Counted from the stretch's first letter, positions 9,246-19,113 are shown. The stretch: 44,303 nt of DNA from an uncultured Novosphingobium sp. (GCA_964658585.1 CAZZZX010000001.1:1-44303), one strand, 5' to 3'. The notes: generated from the letters alone by a model not told the origin. Numbers and translations: made by a program.

Positions 9246-11663
9246 TTATCCTTTCCTTCTGGTGGTTGCGCGCCGACGCTCGTGGAACACGGGCAGCCAG
9301 TCGCTGGGATCATCGCCAAGCTCAGCCCGGACCTGATCGAGGATGCCGACGGTCTCGGTGGTGCCCGAGAGGACGGCCAACTCGTCCGACAGACCGCCCA
9401 GGTCGAGTTCCACAACGATGGAATCGTGGCCCTGCTTCACCAGGAAGCGCCGGCTTTCGGGAATGAGGTCGTTCCTGATGAGCTTGAATTCGGCGCGCGT
9501 GAGACCGAGGCCGTCGATATAATCGACCTCGCGGCCATAGGGGTTGGGCAACAGGATCTTGGTGGCGACCTGCTCCATGATGCTGTGCGAGATGTCCGAG
9601 CGAAGCGCGTCAGCCGGGCTCTGGGTGCCGAACACCAGAAAGGCATTCTGCTTGCGGTAGGTCTTCAGGCCGTCTTGCGCGAAGGCGCGGAAGGCGTCGT
9701 CACCGAGTGCCTTCCAGAACTCGTCGATGTCGATCACAAGCCGGCGACCGTCGAGCAGCGCATCAATGCGATGGAACATGTACATCATCAGCGGCGTGCG
9801 GATCTCTGGGTTGTCGAGGAAGTCCGTCATGTCGAAGCCGATGAACCGGGCCTCGAGCGTCAGCTCGTCCCGGTCATTGTCGAACACCCAGCCAAGCGCC
9901 CCGCCGCGGGACCATTTCTCCAATCGCGCGCCGATCCCTTCCGGATCGCGTTGTCCAAGCAGCTGGCGCAGCGCGAGAATTGACCTTTCTTCCGGAGGGA
10001 GACGCCCGATCGAGAGGATACCCTCGTCGATCATCCTCTCTTGGGTAACGCCGAGCTGCGATCCAGCTGGCGTCACGAGATGCCGGATCAGTCTGCCGAG
10101 GAAGACAATATTGCCGGGCGTCTGATCGAGCGCGCGGAGCGGGGCGAACCCGGTCGGCACACCGTTTCGCAACGCGAGGTAGGTGCCGCCCGAGGACCGC
10201 ACATAGATCTCCGCGCCGCGATCCTTGTCGATAAAGATCTGCTGCGCGCCGGTCTTCTCGAGCTGCGCCATCAGGAAGTTCTGCACCACGGTCTTGCCGC
10301 CGCCCGAGGGGCCGATGATCAGCGTGTGCCCGAGATCGTTCACATGGAAATTGAAGTAGAAGGGAGATTGGGCAGCGGTCTTCATCAGCGCGATCGCCGC
10401 GCCCCAGTGATTGCCATCGGGCTTTCCGGCCGGGAAGGTATGGAACGGCGATAGCGCTGCGAAATTGCGCGACGTGATCGCGGCCGGCCGCGCCCGCCAC
10501 GAGAAGTTGCCGGGTAGCTGCGACCAGAAGGCGGCTTCGAGCGCCGGGCCTTCACGCGCCGATACAAGACCGGCGTCCGCCAGCGCAGCCCGGGCCGTCG
10601 ACAGGTTCTCGGCCAGACGCTTCTGGTTTTCACCGAATACCGCGAGAGAGAAATGATGCTCGCCGAGCACGAATCGATTGCTTTGAAGGTCGTCGGCCGC
10701 ATCCGCCAGTTCGATTGCCTGGCTGGCAGCGGCATCTTCGGTCGATGCCATCTGGTTCTGACGCCGACGCAACCGCTCCGACGCCCGTGCCTTGCCCATG
10801 AACGCGAAGGATTGCGTCACGACGAATGCAAAATCCTGTGAGAGCAGGGCGTTCATCTGGCCCGGCCGGGTCATGGCCGGATACTCGCGAATGCCGAACA
10901 AGCCGACGAAGCGACTTTCGTCATGCGCGCGCACCTCAACGGTCTCACGGCCGAAGATGACGCGCTCACCGTAAATGGCAGAGCCCAGATGACCACGTAC
11001 GAGCGGGACGCGCGCCGCTCGGCCCATCATCACGAGTTCCAGCACCTCAAGGGGCTGTGAGAACATCAGGCCATTGTGTTCGTAGAGGCTGAGCCTGAGC
11101 GGCCGGCATCGGGCCAACAGCTTCTCGATGTCGCGCGCCTTGTCCTCAAAGCGCGCAAGCTCGTCTTCGTCGACCTCCTCGCCCTCCTTGCGGGCAGTAG
11201 AGAGGCGTCGCAGCAAAACCCCCGTCCGATCGGCCGAACCAACGGACGGGCGCATGATCAGGGTCAGATACAGTTCGTTGACGAACATACGCTTGGCCGT
11301 GACCCGGGCGCGGTACTTCGCGTCCAGATCTGCAGCGAAATCCGACCGGAACTCTCCTTGCGGATAATCGGTAATTGGGCGGCGCACGATGTGGGTCCAG
11401 ATCGCGAGACGATCGTCGGCAATGTTGCGCAGCGTGCCGTTCAGCTTCTCGTGCCAGTCGTTGAGATGGAGGGGGTCAGCCGTCTCGAACGCGAGACCGT
11501 CGAGCTTGAACATCATCATCAGATCGCGGCCATCAAGCGCGATGACGTGATCGTCGATATGGCGCGCATAGGGCAGGTAACGCGCGGGGTCGGCCTCGTT
11601 CTTGAGGATCCGCCAGGGCGTTCGGGCTGACGTGGCACCGAGCGAGATCGCGCCACTAGCCAC
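9246..11663 (-). CDS. virB4: T4SS ATPase VirB4
   Basis: 805 aa, AFWSQLPGN, GHTLIIGPSGGGKT Walker A, IDEFW Walker B, GTQSP. Confidence 0.97.
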   Translation of the reverse strand: MASGAISLGATSARTPWRILKNEADPARYLPYARHIDDHVIALDGRDLMMMFKLDGLAFETADPLHLNDWHEKLNGTLRNIADDRLAIWTHIVRRPITDYPQGEFRSDFAADLDAKYRARVTAKRMFVNELYLTLIMRPSVGSADRTGVLLRRLSTARKEGEEVDEDELARFEDKARDIEKLLARCRPLRLSLYEHNGLMFSQPLEVLELVMMGRAARVPLVRGHLGSAIYGERVIFGRETVEVRAHDESRFVGLFGIREYPAMTRPGQMNALLSQDFAFVVTQSFAFMGKARASERLRRRQNQMASTEDAAASQAIELADAADDLQSNRFVLGEHHFSLAVFGENQKRLAENLSTARAALADAGLVSAREGPALEAAFWSQLPGNFSWRARPAAITSRNFAALSPFHTFPAGKPDGNHWGAAIALMKTAAQSPFYFNFHVNDLGHTLIIGPSGGGKTVVQNFLMAQLEKTGAQQIFIDKDRGAEIYVRSSGGTYLALRNGVPTGFAPLRALDQTPGNIVFLGRLIRHLVTPAGSQLGVTQERMIDEGILSIGRLPPEERSILALRQLLGQRDPEGIGARLEKWSRGGALGWVFDNDRDELTLEARFIGFDMTDFLDNPEIRTPLMMYMFHRIDALLDGRRLVIDIDEFWKALGDDAFRAFAQDGLKTYRKQNAFLVFGTQSPADALRSDISHSIMEQVATKILLPNPYGREVDYIDGLGLTRAEFKLIRNDLIPESRRFLVKQGHDSIVVELDLGGLSDELAVLSGTTETVGILDQVRAELGDDPSDWLPVFHERRRATTRRKG

Positions 11664-11991
11664 GAGCGAAGCCCTGACGCTTGGCGCCGGCGATCGGCAG
11701 CGGCGAATAGGAACTGCCGCCCCACCAGGCGCGGTTTCGGCAGCGCGCCTTCGTCATGGTCCAAAGCCACAACAAGCGAAAGGCATTGGTGTCGTGGCGA
11801 ACGATCAACCGCGCAATGGCGAGGAAGGCGCCTGCCAGTGCCATCGCATAGAGTGGATTGCCGGTGATGATGAGGGTCAGGCACGCGGCCAGCGCGATGG
11901 GCAGGGATGCCTCGATCGGCACACCCAGCCACATCGTTGGCCGCGTCACGGCGAGGAAGAGCGTTTCTTCCCGGAGCCTTTCGTCGTCCAC
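11656..11991 (-). CDS. virB3: VirB3
   Basis: LFLAVTRPTMWLGVP, two TM helices, WGGSSYSP. Confidence 0.93.
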   Translation of the reverse strand: MDDERLREETLFLAVTRPTMWLGVPIEASLPIALAACLTLIITGNPLYAMALAGAFLAIARLIVRHDTNAFRLLWLWTMTKARCRNRAWWGGSSYSPLPIAGAKRQGFARG

Positions 11992-12001
11992 GGCGCCGTA
12001 C

Positions 12002-12343
12002 TCACGCGCCGCCGGTGATGGTATCGACGATCCACTGCGCGCTGAACACGATGAAGATCCCGACGATCACCGTGACCAGGAGCCCAAGGCTTGCCCGACC
12101 AGTAAAAAACATGAAGCCAACGATGACGACCGCGATCACCGCAATCGTCTTGGCGAATGTCCCGGTCAGCCATGTCTTGATGTTCTCGGCCATCGAGGTG
12201 ACGCCGTCTGCCGCCTGAGCATAGGCCGGATCGGTCAGCAGCAACGACACCGCCAAGACGGTGACGGCCAGCGCCAGATATTGTGTGAACGCGCGTCGGC
12301 GCGGAGTGAGCCAAACGGCGGAGGTTGTCGCAAAAGCGGTCAT
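12002..12343 (-). CDS. virB2: Major pilin VirB2/TrbC
   Basis: Long signal peptide ending PAYAQ followed by two hydrophobic helices. Confidence 0.92.
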   Translation of the reverse strand: MTAFATTSAVWLTPRRRAFTQYLALAVTVLAVSLLLTDPAYAQAADGVTSMAENIKTWLTGTFAKTIAVIAVVIVGFMFFTGRASLGLLVTVIVGIFIVFSAQWIVDTITGGA

Positions 12344-13005
12344 TCGGATTGTCCTTTCTTTGAGCTGCTGGATGCACTGCCGAAGACCATCAATTTGGCC
12401 GTTTGCGCATCCGCCGATGTGTCCCAGTCAACCGTGATGGTCGGCGCCGATGCCGCTGGTGCTTGCGTGCCAAGAGCTGGTGGCGGGGCAGGGGTGGTGG
12501 TCGTGGTCGGCGCTAGGCCGTGCCGGATTGCCGGGACGACGACAGTCGATGAGGCATAGACGCGGCCGACATAGCCATTGCCAAAGCCGCGCGAGCGGCT
12601 GCCGGTATTGTACATCGACACAGCGGTCGCGATCGCCGCTTCTGTCGACGGGCTCGAGCGGACGACGCTCAGATAGTTGCCAGACAACACGCGCGCTGCG
12701 GCGGCAAGGTTGCGGCAGGGGTCAAAAGCATCTTCTACCGAAAGGCCGAGCCATTTGAGATTGGCGCTGTTGATCTGCCCCAACCCCAGATCAATGTTAT
12801 AGCCGCGGGCGATCAATGTCCGTGCGGCGGCGGCCGCCGATGCCCGATTAGCCGGGTCAGGGGCTGCAACGCCCTTGGCGTTAATGCCGATCGCATAGGG
12901 ATTGAAATGGCTTTCGGTGTGGACGACCGAAACGAGCGTTTCCGCCGCCACCGACGGCGCACATTGGTGTGCAAGCGCGACGACGGTGGCGATATCGAGG
13001 ATCAT
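12340..13005 (-). CDS. virB1: Lytic transglycosylase VirB1
   Basis: CAPSVA, catalytic ES (HTESHFNPYAIG), DLGLGQINS, FDPCRNL, SMYNTG. Confidence 0.93.
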   Translation of the reverse strand: MILDIATVVALAHQCAPSVAAETLVSVVHTESHFNPYAIGINAKGVAAPDPANRASAAAAARTLIARGYNIDLGLGQINSANLKWLGLSVEDAFDPCRNLAAAARVLSGNYLSVVRSSPSTEAAIATAVSMYNTGSRSRGFGNGYVGRVYASSTVVVPAIRHGLAPTTTTTPAPPPALGTQAPAASAPTITVDWDTSADAQTAKLMVFGSASSSSKKGQSE

Positions 13006-13094
13006 CGCCGACCGCCTGGGTTCGTGGACGCTGGTGCCTCTAACAAGCAGATCGCCTTTGACGGCGTGGCTAAGGCGTAACGACGGCGCGGCAT
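13002..13094 (-). CDS. Putative 30-aa leader ORF translationally coupled to virB1
   Basis: MPRRRYALATPSKAICLLEAPASTNPGGRR*; SD GGAG 7 nt upstream; the stop overlaps the virB1 ATG (ATGA). Confidence 0.3.
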   Translation of the reverse strand: MPRRRYALATPSKAICLLEAPASTNPGGRR

Positions 13095-13195
13095 CTTCTC
13101 ACTCCATGTCGCGACCCCAAACAGGGCTTGGATTGCGGCATTTGAAATCTCGAAATCGCTAGCCTTTTGAACCGATTATGCCGCTCCGGGACAAT

Positions 13196-13212
13196 CCCCC
13201 CGGTCAGGGGGG
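13196..13212. promoter_or_regulatory. Palindrome CCCCCC-GGTCA-GGGGGG, candidate LuxR-type box for the virB promoter
   Basis: Inverted repeat between luxR and virB1, adjacent to TTGTCC and CATAAT promoter-like hexamers on the minus strand. Confidence 0.3.
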
Positions 13213-13451
13213 TCACGCGGTTTTCTACTCGCGATGAGAGAAATGCCGGGGGTGGTGCCTGTGGTCACCCGGCGACGGCAAAGTGATCGGTGCGTCGTGC
13301 TGACGTACACGGTGATGCTGATCGCAAAGGCTATGACCGGCAACGCATCGGTCTGCGGGGAACGCGCTCGAACCCCTACCGCTAGTTCTGCCACTACGGG
13401 TCGGTTGATAGGATCACGGCATAAAAATGGAGCGGTCTGAGCCGCGCGCGG

Positions 13452-14210
13452 TCAGATCAAGGCGTCGATGTTCAGATGGCCGTCACGAACTGCCCGCAAG
13501 ACCAACTGGGTTCGCCGGCGAACACCGTAGCGTCGGCGGGCAGCCTCGACATATTCGTGTACAGTGTCGCGGCCGAGGCCAAGGATCTGCGCGCACTCCC
13601 AATCGCTCTTGCCCTGCGCGACCAGCGCAATACACTCAATCTGGCGAGGGCTGAGCGCCACTGGCGCATATACCTGGCGATCGTCGCCAAGGATCGACCG
13701 TCCGCGATCGAAGGCCACAGTGCCGATGAGACGAGCCACCAGCACTTCGTCGCTCGTCACTTCGTGGTCGCCTGACCGAGACACCGTAAACATCGCCTCT
13801 GGCTCATCGCTGACGCGGATCGGCATCGTGAAACCCGCGTCCAGGCCATGAGCGCGGCCCCGCTCGAGGATCGTGGCCTGCCGCGGGCTCATCGTGATGA
13901 AATCCCCGATCCGGTCCCAAGTCAAACCTGAAGGCGACCGTGTACAGGCGGCGTGGACTGGGTCGTCCAGATAAAGTCGATTTTCGATTATCTCCTCGAC
14001 CCACGCTTCCGGATAGGTCGTCAGCAACAGGGCCTTGTTGCTGCGTCTGGCCAAATCGACATTGTGAACCAAGGCAAACCATCGGAAGCCAGCTTCTCTG
14101 ACGATGGCATCGACTAGCGCCGACAGTTGATCGAGCGTCTCTGCGTGCTTTGAGCGTTGCTCGAATTCGCTGATCGCCGCCAGCGGCCCGCTGTCGCAAA
14201 GGTTTGTCAT
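13452..14210 (-). CDS. LuxR/TraR-family regulator (autoinducer-binding domain + HTH), LuxR solo
   Basis: YPEAW, DDPV, LTW in the ligand domain; C-terminal LSPRQIECIALVAQGKSDWE.AQILG...TV HTH. Confidence 0.9.
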   Translation of the reverse strand: MTNLCDSGPLAAISEFEQRSKHAETLDQLSALVDAIVREAGFRWFALVHNVDLARRSNKALLLTTYPEAWVEEIIENRLYLDDPVHAACTRSPSGLTWDRIGDFITMSPRQATILERGRAHGLDAGFTMPIRVSDEPEAMFTVSRSGDHEVTSDEVLVARLIGTVAFDRGRSILGDDRQVYAPVALSPRQIECIALVAQGKSDWECAQILGLGRDTVHEYVEAARRRYGVRRRTQLVLRAVRDGHLNIDALI

Positions 14211-14511
14211 GACGACGATTTTGGGTCGAATGGTCGGTCGATCTACCCCTTGCTCGTTGAAAAGCGGCAGAAATGCGGCGAACTGCGAATGGCTTTCATC
14301 TCCTTTGGCGGGCGGCCCGACTGACCGCGTTTCAATTGCTTATGGGTCGCCACCGACCAAGTGTTCGAGGAAGAGCCCTGCTAGCTAACAAACCCGCCGG
14401 GCATTCGGCCCCGGTTGCGATCGAAATTGCTAGTTGGCAGACGCTGTATGTCGACATGGTGCATTTGCGTGAGCATGTTGCGTCTGCGGGTAACAGATCC
14501 CGGGGGGCAAG

Positions 14512-15558
14512 ATGAAGCTGGTACGCGATGCGCGAACGCTTAAGACCAAGGCGATCGAGTCGCTTCGGACCGCAATGACGGCGTTCAACAGCTACGACGA
14601 CACCGGACGGGTCACCACGGTCCTGATGCACACCCAGCACGCCTGCGAAATGCTGCTCAAGGCTGTCCTCGTCCAGGGTAAAGCGAAGGTCTTCGACAAA
14701 GACAGCGGCAAATCAATCGGCTTTGAAAAGTGTCTGCGCCTTTGTCAGTCGCACCACGACCTTACGGCCGACGAGGCTGGCATAATGCGGGCTATCGACG
14801 CTCAGCGGGACGCGGCGCAGCACTGGTTTGTCTTCGTGTCAGAGGACTTGCTTTACATGCAACTTCGGGCGCTGATCACTGCGTTCGATGCCTATTTGAA
14901 GCGCAACCTCGATGTGGCTCTGCAGGAGCACATCCCACCCCGGGTCTTACCGATCTCGAGCAAGCCACCGGGCGACTTCGAATTCCTCGTCGATATAGAG
15001 TTCAATTACGTCAACGAGCTGCTGCAGCCCGGCCGTCGAGCGCGCGACGAGGCGCGTGCGCGAATCCGCGCTATGCTGGCCATGGAGGCGATCGTGACAG
15101 ACAAGGTCGAGATCTCCGAACGGGACATCGACCGGATCGAGAAAGCAATGCGTGGTGGCGCGGAATTCACCGCGGTATTCCCGCGCCTAGCGACCGTTGG
15201 CACCACCACGGAGGGTGACGGAGTGAACTTGGTCGTCCATTTCACGAAAAAGCAGGGTGCGCCCGTTCACTACGTTGGTGGCGACGATCCGGCGGCAGCG
15301 GGAGCCGTCCGCGAAGTCGATCTTCGCAAGAAGTTTCACCTTCAGCGAAACGAGCTTGCCACTGAGGTCGGCCTCAGCCAGCCCAAAGCCAAGGTTCTCC
15401 GCGTACATCTCGGCATCGACGACGACCCGAATTGTTGTCACGTTTTCGAATTCGGAGCGCAGAAGATTCCGTGTTTTTCCGATAACGCGAAGCGACGGAT
15501 GAAGGAGGCGCTCCCAAACATCGACATCGCCGAGCTCTGGGCCAACCGGAACGGCTGA
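14512..15558 (+). CDS. DUF3644-like / HEPN-domain protein, candidate defence toxin
   Basis: N-terminal KAIESL...AFN....GR....L....HACEMLLKA pattern and an Rx4H motif (RDAAQH). Confidence 0.65.
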   Translation: MKLVRDARTLKTKAIESLRTAMTAFNSYDDTGRVTTVLMHTQHACEMLLKAVLVQGKAKVFDKDSGKSIGFEKCLRLCQSHHDLTADEAGIMRAIDAQRDAAQHWFVFVSEDLLYMQLRALITAFDAYLKRNLDVALQEHIPPRVLPISSKPPGDFEFLVDIEFNYVNELLQPGRRARDEARARIRAMLAMEAIVTDKVEISERDIDRIEKAMRGGAEFTAVFPRLATVGTTTEGDGVNLVVHFTKKQGAPVHYVGGDDPAAAGAVREVDLRKKFHLQRNELATEVGLSQPKAKVLRVHLGIDDDPNCCHVFEFGAQKIPCFSDNAKRRMKEALPNIDIAELWANRNG

Positions 15559-15612
15559 CGCACGCTATAGGGGCTCATCCAGACCAAAAGCCGTGGATAG
15601 CGGAGGTGGACG

Positions 15613-15665
15613 AACGGCGGAAGTTGGGGAGCAGCTTGGATACGCTGACTGTCGCCTTATGGGTC
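15613..15665 (+). repeat. Degenerate 53-bp direct repeat, copy 1
   Basis: AACGGCGGAAGTTGGGGAGCAG-N16-GTCGCCTTATGGGTC; matches 18160-18212 at 18/22 and 12/15 with identical spacing. Confidence 0.5.
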
Positions 15666-15843
15666 ACTCGCAGCCGCGAAGCTGCCGGACGACGACCGCC
15701 CAAAAGTCGTCGTTCTTCCCCTCGACAAGGCAGACCAAAAGCGGTCAGTTATGTCCGCCCGCTCCGCGGCGGTATGGGACCCCGAAGATGTCTATTGTCG
15801 CCGTCATAGTCCTTCAGGTTGCGCAACGTTATCTGCGCCACTG

Positions 15844-17028
15844 ATGGCAACCACGCGCCCGCCCATACCACGCACAGTCTGGGCACTTGGGCTGGTCAGC
15901 CTGTTTATGGATCTGTCGTCGGAGACGATCCATGCGCTGCTGCCGCTGTTCCTGACTGTGACGTTAGGCGCGAGCGTCGCCCTTGTAGGGCTGATCGACG
16001 GGATCGCCGAGGCGACGGCCTCGATCGCCAAGGTTTTCTCAGGCTACCTGTCCGACCGGCTGCGTAAGCGCAAGGCGCTCATCCTGATCGGCTATGGCCT
16101 GGGTGCCGTCTCCAAGCCGCTATTTGCGCTCGCTGGGTCGCCCGCCGTTGTGTTCGGCGCACGTTTTGCCGACCGCATCGGCAAAGGCTTGCGAGGCGCA
16201 CCGCGCGACGCACTTGTCGCCGACGTCACCCCGCCCGAAATCCGCGGGCGCGCGTTCGGGCTGCGCCAGTCGCTCGATACGGTCGGAGCGTTTGCGGGGC
16301 CGCTGCTTGCGATCGGGCTAATGGTGCTGTTCGCCAATGACATCCGCATGGTGTTCTGGATCGCAGTATTCCCGGCGGTGCTCGCGGTGGCGTGCGTTGT
16401 GTTCGGCGTCGAGGATGTGCCTGCCGCGACCGCTCCGGTGCCCGCGCCGCCCGTCCGGCTCAACGACCTGAAGCGATTGCCGCGCGCGTTCTGGATAGTA
16501 ACGTTAATTGGCGTCGTCTTTACGCTCGCACGTTTCAGCGAGGCGTTTTTGATTCTGAAAGCAAGCACCGAGGGGCTGCCGCTGGCGCTTGCACCGCTCG
16601 TGCTCGTCGTGATGAACATCGTCTACGCAGCTGGTGCCTATCCGGCTGGAATATGGTCAGATCACGTGCCCGCACGGTGGCTGTTCGGATGGGGCTTGGT
16701 CGCGCTGATCGCTGCCGATCTTTCGCTAGGACTGGTGCCGGGCCTCGGCGGCGCGTTCCTCGGCATCGCGCTTTGGGGTGTCCACATGGCGCTGACCCAA
16801 GGGTTGCTCGCCAAGCTCGTCGCCGATCACGCCCCGGCCGACCTGCGCGGCTCGGCGTTCGGCGCGTTTAACTTGATGACCGGCGTCGCGATGCTGTTCG
16901 CCAGCGTCATCGCCGGGCTGGTCTGGGACCGCTTCGGCGCGAACGCGACCTTTCTGGTCGGTGCCGGGTTTGCGTCTGTCGCATTGCTGATAGCCGCTCA
17001 GTTGAGGGCTGTCGCTGAAACGGTCTGA
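15844..17028 (+). CDS. MFS transporter
   Basis: About 12 TM helices, motif A SGYLSDRLRKRK, DRIGKGLRGAPRDAL; start taken at ATG 15844. Confidence 0.9.
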   Translation: MATTRPPIPRTVWALGLVSLFMDLSSETIHALLPLFLTVTLGASVALVGLIDGIAEATASIAKVFSGYLSDRLRKRKALILIGYGLGAVSKPLFALAGSPAVVFGARFADRIGKGLRGAPRDALVADVTPPEIRGRAFGLRQSLDTVGAFAGPLLAIGLMVLFANDIRMVFWIAVFPAVLAVACVVFGVEDVPAATAPVPAPPVRLNDLKRLPRAFWIVTLIGVVFTLARFSEAFLILKASTEGLPLALAPLVLVVMNIVYAAGAYPAGIWSDHVPARWLFGWGLVALIAADLSLGLVPGLGGAFLGIALWGVHMALTQGLLAKLVADHAPADLRGSAFGAFNLMTGVAMLFASVIAGLVWDRFGANATFLVGAGFASVALLIAAQLRAVAETV

Positions 17029-17167
17029 CTAGGACGACATTACCAGATGCATATTGAAAGTGCTAAATTCCAGATGCCGTTATGTCGACAATTGGCTTCC
17101 GGTCGATCCAGGGACTTCTGAGCTTACAGGTGTTAAGCAGTACGAGCAGAACAGATAGGATCTCGCG

Positions 17168-17980
17168 ATGAATCCGAACAAGGCTTTGTGGGAGAAGGGC
17201 GATTTCACCCGACTCGCCGCGACGATGCGCCAAAACGGCGACGACCTCGTCGAGAGCCTGGGCGTAACGCCTGGGATGGACGTGCTAGATCTGGGCTGCG
17301 GTGACGGAACGACGGCGATCCCAGCAGCGCGGCGTGGGGCAAACGTCCGTGGCGTTGACATTGCGGCGAACCTCGTCGCTGCTGGCAACGCTCGAGCCGC
17401 AGACGCGGGACTAGACAATATCCAGTTCGAGGAAGGCGATGCGTCCAATCTGGATGGTATTGCCGACGAGAGCTTCGACTTGGTCGTAAGCATTTTCGGC
17501 GCCATGTTTGCGCCGCGGCCGTTCGACGTTGCCCGCGAAATGGTGCGCGTTACGCGGCGCGGCGGCCGGATCGTGATGGGCAACTGGATTCCCGGCGACC
17601 CTACACTCGTCGCGCAAATACTGAAGATCAGCGCTGCCTACACGCCGCCGCCGCCGGACGGGTTCATCAGTCCGGTCACATGGGGCCTCGAGGAAAGTGT
17701 TCGTGAACGCTTCGAATCGGCCGGCGTGAGCCCGGAAAACATTTCTTGCGAACGCGCCACCTTCGTATTTCGGGATGAGCGATCGCCGTCCGCATTTTTA
17801 GGGCTCTTTCGGGATTATTATGGGCCGACGATGAATGCGTTCGAGGCGGCAGCCAAAGACGGCCGCGAGCCGGAGCTTGCTGCGGAGCTAACAGCACTAT
17901 TTCAAAGTCAGAACCGGGGTGGCCCCAATGCCACCGATATACCTGCCACATACCTGAAAGTGACTGTTCAGCGGACTTAA
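17168..17980 (+). CDS. Class I SAM-dependent methyltransferase
   Basis: VLDLGCGDG motif I, GVD, EGDA, SFDLVVSIFGAMFAP. Confidence 0.92.
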   Translation: MNPNKALWEKGDFTRLAATMRQNGDDLVESLGVTPGMDVLDLGCGDGTTAIPAARRGANVRGVDIAANLVAAGNARAADAGLDNIQFEEGDASNLDGIADESFDLVVSIFGAMFAPRPFDVAREMVRVTRRGGRIVMGNWIPGDPTLVAQILKISAAYTPPPPDGFISPVTWGLEESVRERFESAGVSPENISCERATFVFRDERSPSAFLGLFRDYYGPTMNAFEAAAKDGREPELAAELTALFQSQNRGGPNATDIPATYLKVTVQRT

Positions 17981-18159
17981 CGTTGCGGGCCTCTCAATGC
18001 GGCCTCTGAACCGCCGATGCCATCCTCCTCAGTTTTGACAGCCCGGGCGACGATTGATCCACCTCGATAAATTGACTCATGGCTATTAAGCGATCCAATC
18101 TTACTCGGCACCGGATCGTGCCAAACCGGTCGATCCGCGCCGAGAACGCAGTCTGAACA

Positions 18160-18212
18160 AATGGCAGAAGTTGGGTAGCCGTTAGAGAAGCTCGGACGTC
18201 GGGTTCTGGGTC
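18160..18212 (+). repeat. Degenerate 53-bp direct repeat, copy 2
   Basis: AATGGCAGAAGTTGGGTAGCCG-N16-GTCGGGTTCTGGGTC. Confidence 0.5.
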
Positions 18213-18329
18213 GAACCTACCAGCCGATCACTCCACTCGGCAAAAAGCCAGGTCCTGACTTCACCCACAACGGTTTCTACCGAGGTCTTCTCACCGGTCC
18301 ACGCAGCGCCTGTGCACCAATTAATCGGT

Positions 18330-18357
18330 AGGTCCGATAATATATCTTATGTTAAAT
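18330..18357 (+). other. dif-like XerC/XerD recombination site
   Basis: AGGTCCGATAA-TATATC-TTATGTTAAAT has 11-6-11 architecture; the right arm is identical to the canonical XerD arm TTATGTTAAAT. Confidence 0.8.
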
Positions 18358-18421
18358 CAATGTCTTAGCGTCATATTAGCATTACCGCATTTTGACGCCG
18401 TCGTAAATAATCACGCGTCGA

Positions 18422-19048
18422 TCAGCCGACCTTTCCCAGAACGCGCCTCACGACCGGCGCGATCGTGTAGACCGCTTCTCGCTGCGCCCCGCGATTTTTG
18501 TGGTCGACGCGGAAACCCTGATAGTGCCGGCGGATAAGCCCGGCGCGTACGAGATCGGACACGGCGCGGCTTACATTTGTGCGGCCGGAACGCAAAATTC
18601 GAGCGCGGACCTCCTCGCTGATCGCTTGCTCCGCCAGTAGCGAATCAGCGGGCAGCACATTTCGCTGCTCGAGATCGGCACGGACCTGGGCGAAGACGAC
18701 GCGGCGGCGTGCATCTCGCTGCGCCATCGGCATGAGGGCTGCAGTAAGCCAGTCTCGAACAGGGGTCGCCACTCCGGCTTCGCGTACATAGGGACCGGCA
18801 CTGTCCGTCTGACCCGCCGCGCGCGCGATCAGGTTCAGGACCATGTATGTATAGCGAGGTCGAGCCGACACGCCTGCCAGGCGCTCTAGAACTGCAGGAA
18901 GGTCGAGATCCTCGTCTAATGGAGAACCCCGCGGCGACGCTGCGTCAGGTTGGAAGCTTGAAAAAGACTGCGTCACACGCTCGATTTCGAGCGGAATCTC
19001 GCCTTCGCCAGCAGGCGCATTCTTGATGAAGAGGTCCGGCTGGAACAT
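18422..19048 (-). CDS. Hypothetical protein with C-terminal winged-HTH-like segment
   Basis: TNVSRAVSDLVRAGLIRRH...YTI resembles a wHTH; start taken at MFQPDLF (19048), alternative 19066. Confidence 0.65.
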   Translation of the reverse strand: MFQPDLFIKNAPAGEGEIPLEIERVTQSFSSFQPDAASPRGSPLDEDLDLPAVLERLAGVSARPRYTYMVLNLIARAAGQTDSAGPYVREAGVATPVRDWLTAALMPMAQRDARRRVVFAQVRADLEQRNVLPADSLLAEQAISEEVRARILRSGRTNVSRAVSDLVRAGLIRRHYQGFRVDHKNRGAQREAVYTIAPVVRRVLGKVG

Positions 19049-19113
19049 GGAACATTTCAAGCACATCGAAGGCGGTTTGTGAATCCTCTCCGTGACGATT
19101 AATGTCGTTTAAT

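Noticed and set aside
13230-13440. Possible oriT or small gene between luxR and virB1
   Set aside because: Some hairpin potential, but no recognisable nic motif, no relaxase in the window and no credible ORF
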